From a virus: a stretch of DNA of 49,722 nt. The notes under the pieces were generated by a model, which worked only from the letters and a program-made list of their open reading frames with translations, made no database searches and had not been told where the DNA came from. The stretch covers positions 1 to 49,722 of the IMG/VR virus record IMGVR_UViG_3300045747_000037; one strand, written 5' to 3'. Positions 8,938 through 17,607 of the stretch are shown here, piece by piece (position 1 is the first letter of the stretch; each line of letters opens with the position of its first letter). A program made the position numbers and the translations under genes.

Positions 8938-9531
8938 ATGTCTAAAAAGGCTGGTAAAGAGAAACATCCTTTGTTTAACTCATGGTCCCACTACAAACGT
9001 AAAGGGTACCTAACAGATAGGTGGAAAGACTTCTATCTGTTTGTAGAGGACGTTGGTGAGAGACAAGAGGACCACAGGCTAGTCATCACATGGGATGATA
9101 GAGGCATGTCTTGGAAGTGGGTTGAAGTAAAACAGAAACTCATGGACTATGAAAGTAAAACTGCTTATCAGAGAGAGTACATGAGGCGTAACCCAGATAA
9201 GCAAAAGAGTGCTGACCTCAAAAAGCATTTTGGAATAACGCTTGAAGAGTACCGGGGCAAACAAAAAAAGCAGGGTAATGTGTGTGCCATCTGTGGAAAC
9301 CCAGAGTGGACTATGGACAATAGGCTACAACGACCTCGTGAGCTATCTGTAGACCACAACCACAAAACACGACAGATCCGAGGCCTCTTGTGTCGAGGAT
9401 GCAACCAAGGCATCGGTAACTTCCAAGAAGATTTACAGCGGCTCAAAAAGGCTGTACATTACCTAGAATCCTTTGAGGTCTCTAAGGATGTTATTAGTAA
9501 CATGGAGAATGTTCCACATGAAACAATTTAA
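8938..9531 (+). CDS. HNH / endonuclease VII-type homing endonuclease
   Basis: CAICGNPE...LSVDHNHKTRQIRGLLCRGCNQGIGNF is a typical recombination endonuclease VII / HNH zinc-finger core. Confidence 0.8.
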   Translation: MSKKAGKEKHPLFNSWSHYKRKGYLTDRWKDFYLFVEDVGERQEDHRLVITWDDRGMSWKWVEVKQKLMDYESKTAYQREYMRRNPDKQKSADLKKHFGITLEEYRGKQKKQGNVCAICGNPEWTMDNRLQRPRELSVDHNHKTRQIRGLLCRGCNQGIGNFQEDLQRLKKAVHYLESFEVSKDVISNMENVPHETI

Positions 9532-9541
9532 GGAGAGCAAC

Positions 9542-9613
9542 ATGGGCTTTGAACAACAAGCAGCTAAAGGCAAGCGTCCTGATCCCGGAAAAATCCCCCC
9601 AAAGAACAAATGA
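9542..9613 (+). CDS. Possible 23-aa micro-ORF (MGFEQQAAKGKRPDPGKIPPKNK)
   Basis: SD AAGGAGAG lies just upstream of ATG 9542. It is below the ORF-track cut-off and has no other support. Confidence 0.2.
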   Translation: MGFEQQAAKGKRPDPGKIPPKNK

Positions 9614-9639
9614 GAGAGTAGAATCCCTCTTACCCAATG

Positions 9640-9675
9640 ACGATCTATGCAAAGTAGATCGTTGATTTAATCAAC
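9640..9675 (+). promoter_or_regulatory. Two adjacent hairpins upstream of gene 9692
   Basis: ACGATCTA (9640-9647) pairs with TAGATCGT (9655-9662), and GTTGAT (9661-9666) pairs with ATCAAC (9670-9675). Confidence 0.45.
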
Positions 9676-9691
9676 GTCAAAGGAGTTTTAA

Positions 9692-10465
9692 ATGGCCGCA
9701 CCCACACGCTTCCCCAATGGTGTATCTACACAACCTGTTGGATATAACCTTGGAATGTATCCCCAACCAGATCCAACAGAAGTAGCAACTGACTTCGATG
9801 ACTTTGCTAATTACGTTGCTGCTGATTGGACTGTTACCAATACAACCACACATCAAACCATTGGCTTAGTTGCTGGTGCTGGTGGCATTATCTCTAGTGT
9901 AGGTGGTGGCTCTTCGGTAGCCAATGATATTGGTGCCATCATTGCCAACCCACTCAACTTCAATCTGCCAGCTAATACTGTGTCTGGTACCTATCCACCC
10001 ACTGCTAAAGCTTGGTTCTATAGTGCCTTTAAAGCAACTACCGCTTTGAATGATCAACTCCAGATTGGTGTTACTTCTGCCAATGCTGCATTGACTCCTA
10101 CTGATGGCATCTACTTCAACAAAGCTGCTGCTGCTAATACGATTCAATTCGTAGTCCGTAAGGGTAGTGCTTCTCTTGCTGCTACTGCTTACTCTACAGG
10201 TACCACTACCATAGCTACTCTAGCTAATGCTACCTTCTTAGAGTTGGGCTGGTACTACGATGGCACTGGAAACATCGATGTGTTTGTCAATGAACAAAAG
10301 GTTTGTTCTGTAGATGTGGGTCAAGCTTCTGGAACTGTTGCTGCTACCTTCCCGGTTGCTACGGCACTTGGACATGGGTTTGGTATCAAGGCTTCTGCTA
10401 CTGCTCCAACAACGGCAGACATGGTTGTTGACTTCATGCTGACTGCCCAGACTCGTCCTTACTAA
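9692..10465 (+). CDS. Virion structural protein (function unassigned)
   Basis: SD AAGGAG upstream, A/T/G-rich beta-type composition, located in the structural block. Confidence 0.6.
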   Translation: MAAPTRFPNGVSTQPVGYNLGMYPQPDPTEVATDFDDFANYVAADWTVTNTTTHQTIGLVAGAGGIISSVGGGSSVANDIGAIIANPLNFNLPANTVSGTYPPTAKAWFYSAFKATTALNDQLQIGVTSANAALTPTDGIYFNKAAAANTIQFVVRKGSASLAATAYSTGTTTIATLANATFLELGWYYDGTGNIDVFVNEQKVCSVDVGQASGTVAATFPVATALGHGFGIKASATAPTTADMVVDFMLTAQTRPY

Positions 10466-10477
10466 TAGGAGTAGCAC

Positions 10478-10885
10478 ATGGCTAATTCCTACGCTGTTCA
10501 GATCATCTCAGATGGTCCACGCAATGCGATTGTCAAGCTTACGGGTGTCTTAGACACCTCTAATCTTGCTCAATCGCTTGCAGTGGACTTGAGTACTCTA
10601 TCCCCCATAGTTCCCGGAACTAACATCACCAAGCCTGCTGCTGTAGCTATCCACCATCTTGATTACTCTATTGCTGATCAGTTGGAAGTACAGCTAACAT
10701 GGGATGCTACTGCTCAAGTAGCTATCTTGCCTTTAGCAGGTCGTGGTCGTATGTCCTTTAAAGACTTTGGTGGCTTGCAAAACAATGCTGGTGCAGGTAA
10801 GACTGGCAATATCAACATCACCACTACAGGTTGGGCATCGGGTATCCAAGTGTTCTCCGTAGTCTTAGAGATGGTCAAGCAATGA
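10478..10885 (+). CDS. Virion structural protein (function unassigned)
   Basis: SD AGGAG upstream and a clean frame in the structural block. Confidence 0.6.
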   Translation: MANSYAVQIISDGPRNAIVKLTGVLDTSNLAQSLAVDLSTLSPIVPGTNITKPAAVAIHHLDYSIADQLEVQLTWDATAQVAILPLAGRGRMSFKDFGGLQNNAGAGKTGNINITTTGWASGIQVFSVVLEMVKQ

Positions 10886-10900
10886 TGAGGACATCCAACA

Positions 10901-11131
10901 ATGTCCTACGCTCACTATAACGTAGACGAAACACCACTCACTACCTTAGTTGATACCTCTGGTGGTACGGTCATCTACTTGGGGCAGTCTTTACCGGGGA
11001 CTGCTACCTCTGCCTTGTTGTGGAGGATTCAAAAGATAGACACTTCATCTGGTGTTCAGATGACTTACGCTAATGGCTCTCCCACCTTTCAAGTAGCTTG
11101 GGATAGCCGACTAACTTACGCCTACACATGA
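10901..11131 (+). CDS. Small structural-module protein
   Basis: Its stop overlaps the start of the next gene (ATGA at 11128-11131). Confidence 0.55.
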   Translation: MSYAHYNVDETPLTTLVDTSGGTVIYLGQSLPGTATSALLWRIQKIDTSSGVQMTYANGSPTFQVAWDSRLTYAYT

Positions 11132-13860
11132 GCGACTTTAAGATAGTCTCCCTCTTGAATCCCGTTCAGAATGTTTACAACATTTCTCAAACGGGTGTTG
11201 GTGTTGGAATCGAAGCAGGGATCTCTTCACAGACATCTGGGAACATCACACTAGGATCTTCTGCTGGTAACGTTACTTTTGGAATGCAGAATGGATACAT
11301 TACTGCTTCTGCTCCTAGTGGAGGAGGGGGTGGTTCCAATTATGTGTTCTCTAATGCCAATGGTGTTAGTTTTGGTACTCTAGGTTCTACTGTTACTGCC
11401 ACAGTAGCAACTAACTACATGGCTAGTAATCAGGCTAGCAACTTTCAGAGTGCTGGTGCATACCTAACCACTGCTGCTCAGAGTAATCACTCACACTCTC
11501 TAAACCAGATCCTCAACCCAACTGGGGATGTGTTCTTCTCGTTTAGTCAGAACCAACAGATTCAATTTCAGTTCTCCAACACCGGGACATTCACGACCAA
11601 CGCCAGTAAGCAGGCGATGTTTGAGATTGACATTCAAGGGAACCTTGTTGATGGTGCGGATGGCGTTCACATTCATCAATCTGACAATAACCCCAACATT
11701 GACTTGCTTCACATAGAGGCTTGGGGAACTAACGTCACAGGACTTCGGATCTCTGCATCTGCTTCCATAGCCGCTGAAATCAACAAGCCAATCAAGTTCG
11801 TAGGTACAGGTCTCCAGACTGCTTCTGTCCCAATGATCTTGCAGACAGGTATGACCAACTCGGTTCAGTACCTCAATGCTAACTTCTTGCAGGGTAAGGT
11901 CAGTAGTGAGTTCCAGAGCACTGGCGCTTACATAACTACAGCAGCCCAATCGAATCACAGTCATGCCTTTGCCACCACTACCACCAATGGTGCAGTCATT
12001 GTTGTTGGCACTACAAACAGTGCTGGAGCGACTATTGGAGTTCCTTCGTTCCTGACGACCTATGTGGGCCAGACTAATCAGACTGCTGCTAGTGGAAATA
12101 TAGCGGGAGTAGGAACTACATTTGCTGGAACTAATGTTACAGCTACGATGGCACTCAACAGTGCTGGCTTAGGGCTTAGCTTGTCTGCTGGTGCAGGGGG
12201 TGGAGGTGCTGATGGATATAACTCTGCTCAATTTACCAATAGCACTGCTAATAGCACTATGCCTCTCGTTTGGGCTGGCAATAGTAACGGTAGTGGCAAT
12301 GTCACCATCGGACTTACTGGCAGCACTATCACTATGTCTGCTGCTGGTGGGGGTGGTGCTGGTGATGGTTACAACATCCTTGGTGTCAATGTTGTTGCTA
12401 CATCTCTGTCTACGACTTATATCCTGAGCAATGCAAACAATGTGTCCTTTGGTTTGAACCTAGGGACTATCACTGCTAGTGCTTCGTATGTGAATGATCT
12501 AACCTCTGGCAGGGCTGGTGTAGGTTATACCTCTACTACTCAAGCTGGTGCTGTTGTCGGTGTTACTAATAACACTGCTGGCCTTAGCATGGCATGGCCT
12601 CCATTCCTTACGACTGCTGGTGCTACTAACGCATTGACAACAGCTAGAGCTAGTAACGATGCTCTTGGATTGAACACGGCTCTGACAGCTAACGGAGTAT
12701 CAATCACTGCTAACAGTTCTGGAGTGTCTTGGAACTTCCCTGCATTCCTAACCACGGCAGCACAATCAACCCACTCTCACAACTTTGCTACGACAGTTAC
12801 GGCTGGTGCAGTAGTCAATGTAGCTACAGCTAACAGTGCTGGTGTTACCGTGGGTATGCCAGCGTTTATTACAACCTACGTAGCACAGACGAATCAGACC
12901 GTAGCAAGTGGGAACATTGCAGGGGTTGGGACTACGTTTGCAGGGACGAACATTACCGCCACAATGGGCTTGAACAGCGCAGGTTTAGCACTTAGCCTAT
13001 CTGGTGCGGGTGGTGGGACAATCAACCAAACAGGTCCGAACATCGCTGTTGCCGGGTCTACCGTGACTTCTGGTGATGTTTACTTCTCCAACAGTCCTAC
13101 CGTGACCTTTGGGATGAATGGGTCAACTATCACTGCTAGTGCTGCGGGTGGTGGCGGTGGTGGTGGGGCTACGATCAACGGGTACGAACTGTTTCCCCCT
13201 CTTGGCGGTAACACAGCATTCAGTACGGGCGTGAATGGTACGCTGTACTTCCAGAAGTTCATTGCCCCGGCCAACATCGCATTCAGCAACTTTGAGCGTC
13301 GTTACTCAGGTTCCACGGTATCCAGTGCTATCAGCGCCCAAGCAGCACATTCGATTAGTTATGGACTGTATTCCAAGGGAACAGGCGCTAGCACTTCAAT
13401 CTACAACCTGATTGCATCAAGTAACTTTTTCATGCAAGCCAGCTACTCAAGCAACCTGAGTGCAGGACACACAGTAAGTGCAGGTGCAACCAGCTATACC
13501 AACTCAAGCGCAGGGACAGTTGGGCAAGGTAACTTGACAGGCTACAAGCACATGTACTTCCCGTTTGTGAGTACTTTAACTGCTGGAGTTGAATACGCCT
13601 ACGCTCAGATCGTGTCCTCTGCCACAACGGGTGCTACCGGGCCGCTGCGGATTGGTTTCCAAGAATTGTCAATCATCAACAACTTGACCATTGGCAAGAT
13701 TTACAACAGCACGGTAGCCGCTTCTAACGCAAGTTATGTTGGTGATTGGGCGCAGGGGGTTTATTCATCCTCATCCAATGGACTACCTAGCACCCTAGCT
13801 ATCAGTGGTTTGACCAATGCAGTTTCCCAGCAACGTATGTACCTACAACTCGACGCCTGA
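11128..13860 (+). CDS. Tail fibre-like protein, S/T/N/G/A-rich, with three AAQS(N/T)HSH motifs and an internal duplication of about 95 aa
   Basis: 910 aa of low-complexity fibre composition. It has poly-Gly hinges (GGGGG), repeats at about 11924-12215 and 12743-13020, and HSH motifs at about 11473, 11941 and 12757. Confidence 0.75.
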   Translation: MSDFKIVSLLNPVQNVYNISQTGVGVGIEAGISSQTSGNITLGSSAGNVTFGMQNGYITASAPSGGGGGSNYVFSNANGVSFGTLGSTVTATVATNYMASNQASNFQSAGAYLTTAAQSNHSHSLNQILNPTGDVFFSFSQNQQIQFQFSNTGTFTTNASKQAMFEIDIQGNLVDGADGVHIHQSDNNPNIDLLHIEAWGTNVTGLRISASASIAAEINKPIKFVGTGLQTASVPMILQTGMTNSVQYLNANFLQGKVSSEFQSTGAYITTAAQSNHSHAFATTTTNGAVIVVGTTNSAGATIGVPSFLTTYVGQTNQTAASGNIAGVGTTFAGTNVTATMALNSAGLGLSLSAGAGGGGADGYNSAQFTNSTANSTMPLVWAGNSNGSGNVTIGLTGSTITMSAAGGGGAGDGYNILGVNVVATSLSTTYILSNANNVSFGLNLGTITASASYVNDLTSGRAGVGYTSTTQAGAVVGVTNNTAGLSMAWPPFLTTAGATNALTTARASNDALGLNTALTANGVSITANSSGVSWNFPAFLTTAAQSTHSHNFATTVTAGAVVNVATANSAGVTVGMPAFITTYVAQTNQTVASGNIAGVGTTFAGTNITATMGLNSAGLALSLSGAGGGTINQTGPNIAVAGSTVTSGDVYFSNSPTVTFGMNGSTITASAAGGGGGGGATINGYELFPPLGGNTAFSTGVNGTLYFQKFIAPANIAFSNFERRYSGSTVSSAISAQAAHSISYGLYSKGTGASTSIYNLIASSNFFMQASYSSNLSAGHTVSAGATSYTNSSAGTVGQGNLTGYKHMYFPFVSTLTAGVEYAYAQIVSSATTGATGPLRIGFQELSIINNLTIGKIYNSTVAASNASYVGDWAQGVYSSSSNGLPSTLAISGLTNAVSQQRMYLQLDA

Positions 13861-14591
13861 TGGACCCACAAATTATTAGTAGTTATGACGGTGGTAAGCA
13901 CAATGCCGACCTGACGCAAACGATCAGTCGCCTATCGAAAGAGGGTGGGTACAAGGATTTGTCTTGCATCATGATCGTGCCTTGTTTCGGCTCTATTCCT
14001 ACGAAAGCGGTAGCCTCATGGATGAACCTGTACTCACCACCAAATGCAAAGTTTGTTCGATTGTTTGCTGTTGGGATGGAAGTGGGTTCTGCCTTTTCCA
14101 CTTGCATCGAGAGCATTCTGGCAAATCCAGAGCTATCGAAGTACAAGTACATCATCACGTTGGAGCACGACAATCTTCCACCTCCAGATGGCATAGTGAA
14201 GCTGCTGATGCGAATGGAGGCGAATCCCCATCTGTCATGCATTGGGGGACTGTATTTTACGAAGGGACCGGGAGGGTGTGCTCAGATCTGGGGAGATCCG
14301 AAAGACCCAGTGCTGAACTTCCGTCCACAACTCCCTATCCCTGAGACAGTGCAGGAGTGCTGTGGGACAGGGATGGGCTTCAACGTATGGCGGCTCAGTA
14401 TGTTTTCGGATAAGGCACTGCCTAGGCCACTGTTTGAAACGAAGACAAGCAATGGTGTAGCTACTCAGGACTTGGCTTTCTGGAGCAATGCTCGTAAGCT
14501 TGGCTATCGTTGTGCTATTGATACCAGTGTGAAGGTTGGTCATTACGATCTAGATGGAAAGGTAGGGGGCATCCCCGATATGACATGGTAA
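13860..14591 (+). CDS. GT-A fold (family-2-like) glycosyltransferase
   Basis: CIMIVPCFG (beta1), a TLEHDNLPPPDGIVKLL DxD-like region, GTGMGFNVWR, and TQDLAFWSNARKLGYRCAIDTSVKVGHY. The start overlaps the fibre stop (TGATG). Confidence 0.65.
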   Translation: MDPQIISSYDGGKHNADLTQTISRLSKEGGYKDLSCIMIVPCFGSIPTKAVASWMNLYSPPNAKFVRLFAVGMEVGSAFSTCIESILANPELSKYKYIITLEHDNLPPPDGIVKLLMRMEANPHLSCIGGLYFTKGPGGCAQIWGDPKDPVLNFRPQLPIPETVQECCGTGMGFNVWRLSMFSDKALPRPLFETKTSNGVATQDLAFWSNARKLGYRCAIDTSVKVGHYDLDGKVGGIPDMTW

Positions 14592-15139
14592 AGAAAATAC
14601 TAGCTCCCACTAAGCTTGACTTGGGATGTGGTTCCAAGAAGAAGGAAGGCTTTCACGGAGTAGACCAATACAAGATGGATGGTGTCGATACCGTCTTGAA
14701 GATTGGTTCTGCTAAGTGGCCCTTTGCGGATTCCTCTATTGAGGAAGCACACAGCTCTCATTTTCTGGAACACCTCACTGCATCGGAGAGGGTTCACTTT
14801 TACAATGAGCTTTACCGTGTGTTAAAACCGGGAGCTAGGGCTACCATAATCACTCCACATTGGGCATCAAACAGAGCCTACGGTGATCCCACTCATCAGT
14901 GGCCTCCCGTATCTGAAATGAGTTTCTACTATCTATCTAAAGAGTGGCGTTCAACTCAAGCACCACACACGGATATTAAATGGAACAAAGAAGGATTCTC
15001 TTGTGACTTCCAAGCTACTTGGGGGTATAGTTTCTCTCCTGAACTAGGCGCAAGGAATCAGGAGTACGTGCAGTTTGCTTTGTCTAACTACAAAGAAGCC
15101 TGTCAAGATCTCCATGCTACCCTAGTCAAACCTCTTTGA
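14585..15139 (+). CDS. Class I SAM-dependent methyltransferase
   Basis: Motif I LDLGCGS, then PFADSSIEEAHSSHFLEHL and YRVLKPGARATIITP (Methyltransf_11-like). Overlaps the glycosyltransferase gene by 7 nt. Confidence 0.75.
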   Translation: MVKKILAPTKLDLGCGSKKKEGFHGVDQYKMDGVDTVLKIGSAKWPFADSSIEEAHSSHFLEHLTASERVHFYNELYRVLKPGARATIITPHWASNRAYGDPTHQWPPVSEMSFYYLSKEWRSTQAPHTDIKWNKEGFSCDFQATWGYSFSPELGARNQEYVQFALSNYKEACQDLHATLVKPL

Positions 15140-15150
15140 AAGGACTCTTT

Positions 15151-15648
15151 ATGTTGACCCCTACCGACCTGTATGAAATCCGTAAGATCATTGTTGCGGC
15201 AAAACTCTTGGACTCTAAAGCCTTTGCTGCTGAAGTAGACAAGATGGAAGCTGCTGCTCAAGCTGCTACTGATGCTGGAGTAGCTGCTCTTGATGCTGCT
15301 AATGCTAAGGCAGTATCTCAAGCTGCTAAAGCCTATGATGAACTTGAGCTTAAAGAAGCGCAGCTTAAAGCTACTCAAGAAGACATTGCACAGCGTTCTG
15401 CACAGCTTGATATTAAGCAGGCAGAGTACAACAAGACTGCTGCTGAAGTAGGTGCCAAGCTTGATGAACTTGCTGCTACTTCTGTTCGTGTGCAAGAAGA
15501 GACCAATGCTCTTATTGCCAATGCTACTGCTAAGGCTGAAGAAGTAGCTAAGGCAGAACAACAACTTGCTGCCAGAGAATCACAGCTTGTACAAGCACAA
15601 GCTGACTTGGCTTCTAAGCTTGCTGCTCTTAAAGCAATTTCCGCTTAA
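15151..15648 (+). CDS. Ala-rich coiled-coil protein (structural or assembly)
   Basis: Long A/E/K/Q heptad-like sequence. ATG 15151 is preferred to TTG 15136. Confidence 0.6.
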   Translation: MLTPTDLYEIRKIIVAAKLLDSKAFAAEVDKMEAAAQAATDAGVAALDAANAKAVSQAAKAYDELELKEAQLKATQEDIAQRSAQLDIKQAEYNKTAAEVGAKLDELAATSVRVQEETNALIANATAKAEEVAKAEQQLAARESQLVQAQADLASKLAALKAISA

Positions 15649-15650
15649 CT

Positions 15651-15662
15651 GTTACTAGTAAC
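15651..15662. repeat. GTTACTAGTAAC palindrome, copy 4 (intergenic, 3 nt before ATG 15666)
   Basis: Exact string between stop 15648 and start 15666. Confidence 0.95.
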
Positions 15663-15665
15663 ACC

Positions 15666-15953
15666 ATGCCTTACGGGTCTACATACACAAGAGGTAGCTG
15701 GAAGGCTATCTGTGATGTCTGTGGTCGTGAGTTCAAAGCTCACGAGCTACGACAACGTTGGGATGGTTTGATGACATGTTTGGGAGACTGGGAGACTAGA
15801 CATCCCCAAGACTTTGTTAGAGGTGTAGCAGATAAAGTAGTTCCTCCTTGGGTTAGACCTGAAGCAGCAGATTACTTCATATACCCGTACAAGACAACCA
15901 CTGCTGATAGAACTATCAATGGTGCTCCAATAGACTCTACGGAGATAAATTGA
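15666..15953 (+). CDS. Small Cys-containing tail-module protein
   Basis: CDVCGREF...LMTCLGDWETRHPQD looks like a zinc-ribbon pattern. Located in the fibre block. Confidence 0.55.
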   Translation: MPYGSTYTRGSWKAICDVCGREFKAHELRQRWDGLMTCLGDWETRHPQDFVRGVADKVVPPWVRPEAADYFIYPYKTTTADRTINGAPIDSTEIN

Positions 15954-15954
15954 T

Positions 15955-16404
15955 ATGGGAATCAAGTTTGCAAATAACATTAGCACTACGCTAACTGTCT
16001 CTATCAATGCTGTTCAAACTAGCTTTGACATTGATAGTGTTGTAGGGATACCTGCACTAGGAGCTACAGATTACTTCTACGCCACTATAGTTGGACCCAT
16101 AAGTGGCTTGGAGATAGTTAAGGTTACAGGTGTTAGTGGTAATACAGTGACTTGTCTTCGTGGACAAGATGGCACTACTGCTCAAGCTTGGGTTAACAAT
16201 TCTAAGTTTGAGATGAGGGTTACAGCAGAGATACTTCGTGGATTTGGAAGCCCTTCATTAGGCATCTATTATGAGCATCTCAATACAGTGTCAACTAACG
16301 CAACCATAGCTTCTGGCAACAATGCTGTTAGTGCAGGACCAATGACAGTTAACTCTGGTATTACTGTGACAATTCCCCCCGGATCAACTTGGGCAATCGT
16401 ATGA
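15955..16404 (+). CDS. Tail fibre N-terminal (anchor)-like protein
   Basis: The pattern LEIVKVTGVSGNTVTCLRGQDGTTAQAW...RVTAEIL is common at fibre N-termini, as far as I remember. Confidence 0.55.
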   Translation: MGIKFANNISTTLTVSINAVQTSFDIDSVVGIPALGATDYFYATIVGPISGLEIVKVTGVSGNTVTCLRGQDGTTAQAWVNNSKFEMRVTAEILRGFGSPSLGIYYEHLNTVSTNATIASGNNAVSAGPMTVNSGITVTIPPGSTWAIV

Positions 16405-17528
16405 CAACGACTATTACTGGTGGTGGTGACATTCTCACCCTAAGTACAACCACGACAAACTCTCAGTTATACCAACCTACAGTAGGTGCTCCTAAGACTG
16501 TTGAGGCTACTTTGAGGGCGTTAGAGGCTGGGGGTGGTGGTGGAGGCGGGGGAATGGTATATCCAAGTTCAGGACTTGCTGTGAGCAACGGTCTTTCTTG
16601 GGGAGCCTCTATTCCACTACCCGGTGGTACAGCTAACTTCCTTCGGGCTGATGGAACCTTTGCTTTGCCTCCTGCGGCTGGATCAGTCATAGCTGCTGAT
16701 GTAACAGTAACTCCTTCTGGTAAGTTACTCGCTACGGATGCACAGACAGCCCTTACTACTATCTTCAACGAGACCCGAACAAAGCTGAGTGGCAGTACAA
16801 CTTACTACGTTGCAAATGCAGGTAATGACTCAACGGGGATAGGTACAACTGTCTTCCCTTGGCGTACTATCCAACACGCTTGGGATTGGATTGTTGCTAA
16901 CATTGATGCAAGTGGATACACAATCATCATTCAGTTTGTTGATGCGTTCTACTCAACCCCAACAGGTGTAGGGCTAGATGCAGTTATCCCTTTCGCTACG
17001 GGATCTATAATTATCAAGAGTTCTGGTGGTGGTGTGTTTACTTGTACTAATGGACCTGCTTGTTTCACTGCACGTAAGGGAGTGATCTTTTACTTACAGG
17101 ATATACAGCTTACAGGGACAGTCACTCAGGGACTGGTGTTTGCAGATGGTGGGAAAATCGTTTGCGGTGTATCAATGTCTTTCTCCACTAGCTCTTCTTC
17201 TCACATGAAAACTGTGAGTGCTGGCTATATCTACATGTCAATCTCCTATAGTGTTATAGGTAATGCAGTACGGCATTGGAATCCTACTGGGGGTGGCATT
17301 GTTCAAGTTAACGCTGTTTTAATAACAATTAGTGCTGGTCTCACCTTTACCTTCTGGGCAGATTGTGGAGGGGTTGCTTATCTCACTACAGCAGGTTGTT
17401 CATTTTCTACCTTGGCAGTAACTGGACAGAAGTACCAAGCTTATCAAAATGGTGTAATTGACTCAGGAATTGTCACCTACCCCGGTACTGTAGGTGGTAC
17501 TACTGTGACAGGGGGTATCTATGCCTAA
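16401..17528 (+). CDS. Tail fibre/receptor-binding protein
   Basis: ATGA overlap at 16401-16404, a poly-Gly hinge, and a YPSSGLAVSNGLSWGASIPLPGGTANFLRADGTFALP module shared with gene 19268. Confidence 0.6.
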   Translation: MTTTITGGGDILTLSTTTTNSQLYQPTVGAPKTVEATLRALEAGGGGGGGGMVYPSSGLAVSNGLSWGASIPLPGGTANFLRADGTFALPPAAGSVIAADVTVTPSGKLLATDAQTALTTIFNETRTKLSGSTTYYVANAGNDSTGIGTTVFPWRTIQHAWDWIVANIDASGYTIIIQFVDAFYSTPTGVGLDAVIPFATGSIIIKSSGGGVFTCTNGPACFTARKGVIFYLQDIQLTGTVTQGLVFADGGKIVCGVSMSFSTSSSSHMKTVSAGYIYMSISYSVIGNAVRHWNPTGGGIVQVNAVLITISAGLTFTFWADCGGVAYLTTAGCSFSTLAVTGQKYQAYQNGVIDSGIVTYPGTVGGTTVTGGIYA

Positions 17529-17607
17529 GTGGTTATTCATCTATCTCTGGAATCGACGTATTCGCAAAGACAAGCGTTCTGGCAACTGGCCCCTTTAAGG
17601 AGTTATT

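Noticed and set aside
14585-15139. Interpreting the methyltransferase as a DNA methyltransferase targeting the palindrome
   Set aside because: No (D/N/S)PP(Y/F/W) motif and no cytosine-MTase PC/ENV motif was seen. Its layout matches small-molecule or protein class I MTases, and it is embedded in the fibre module.
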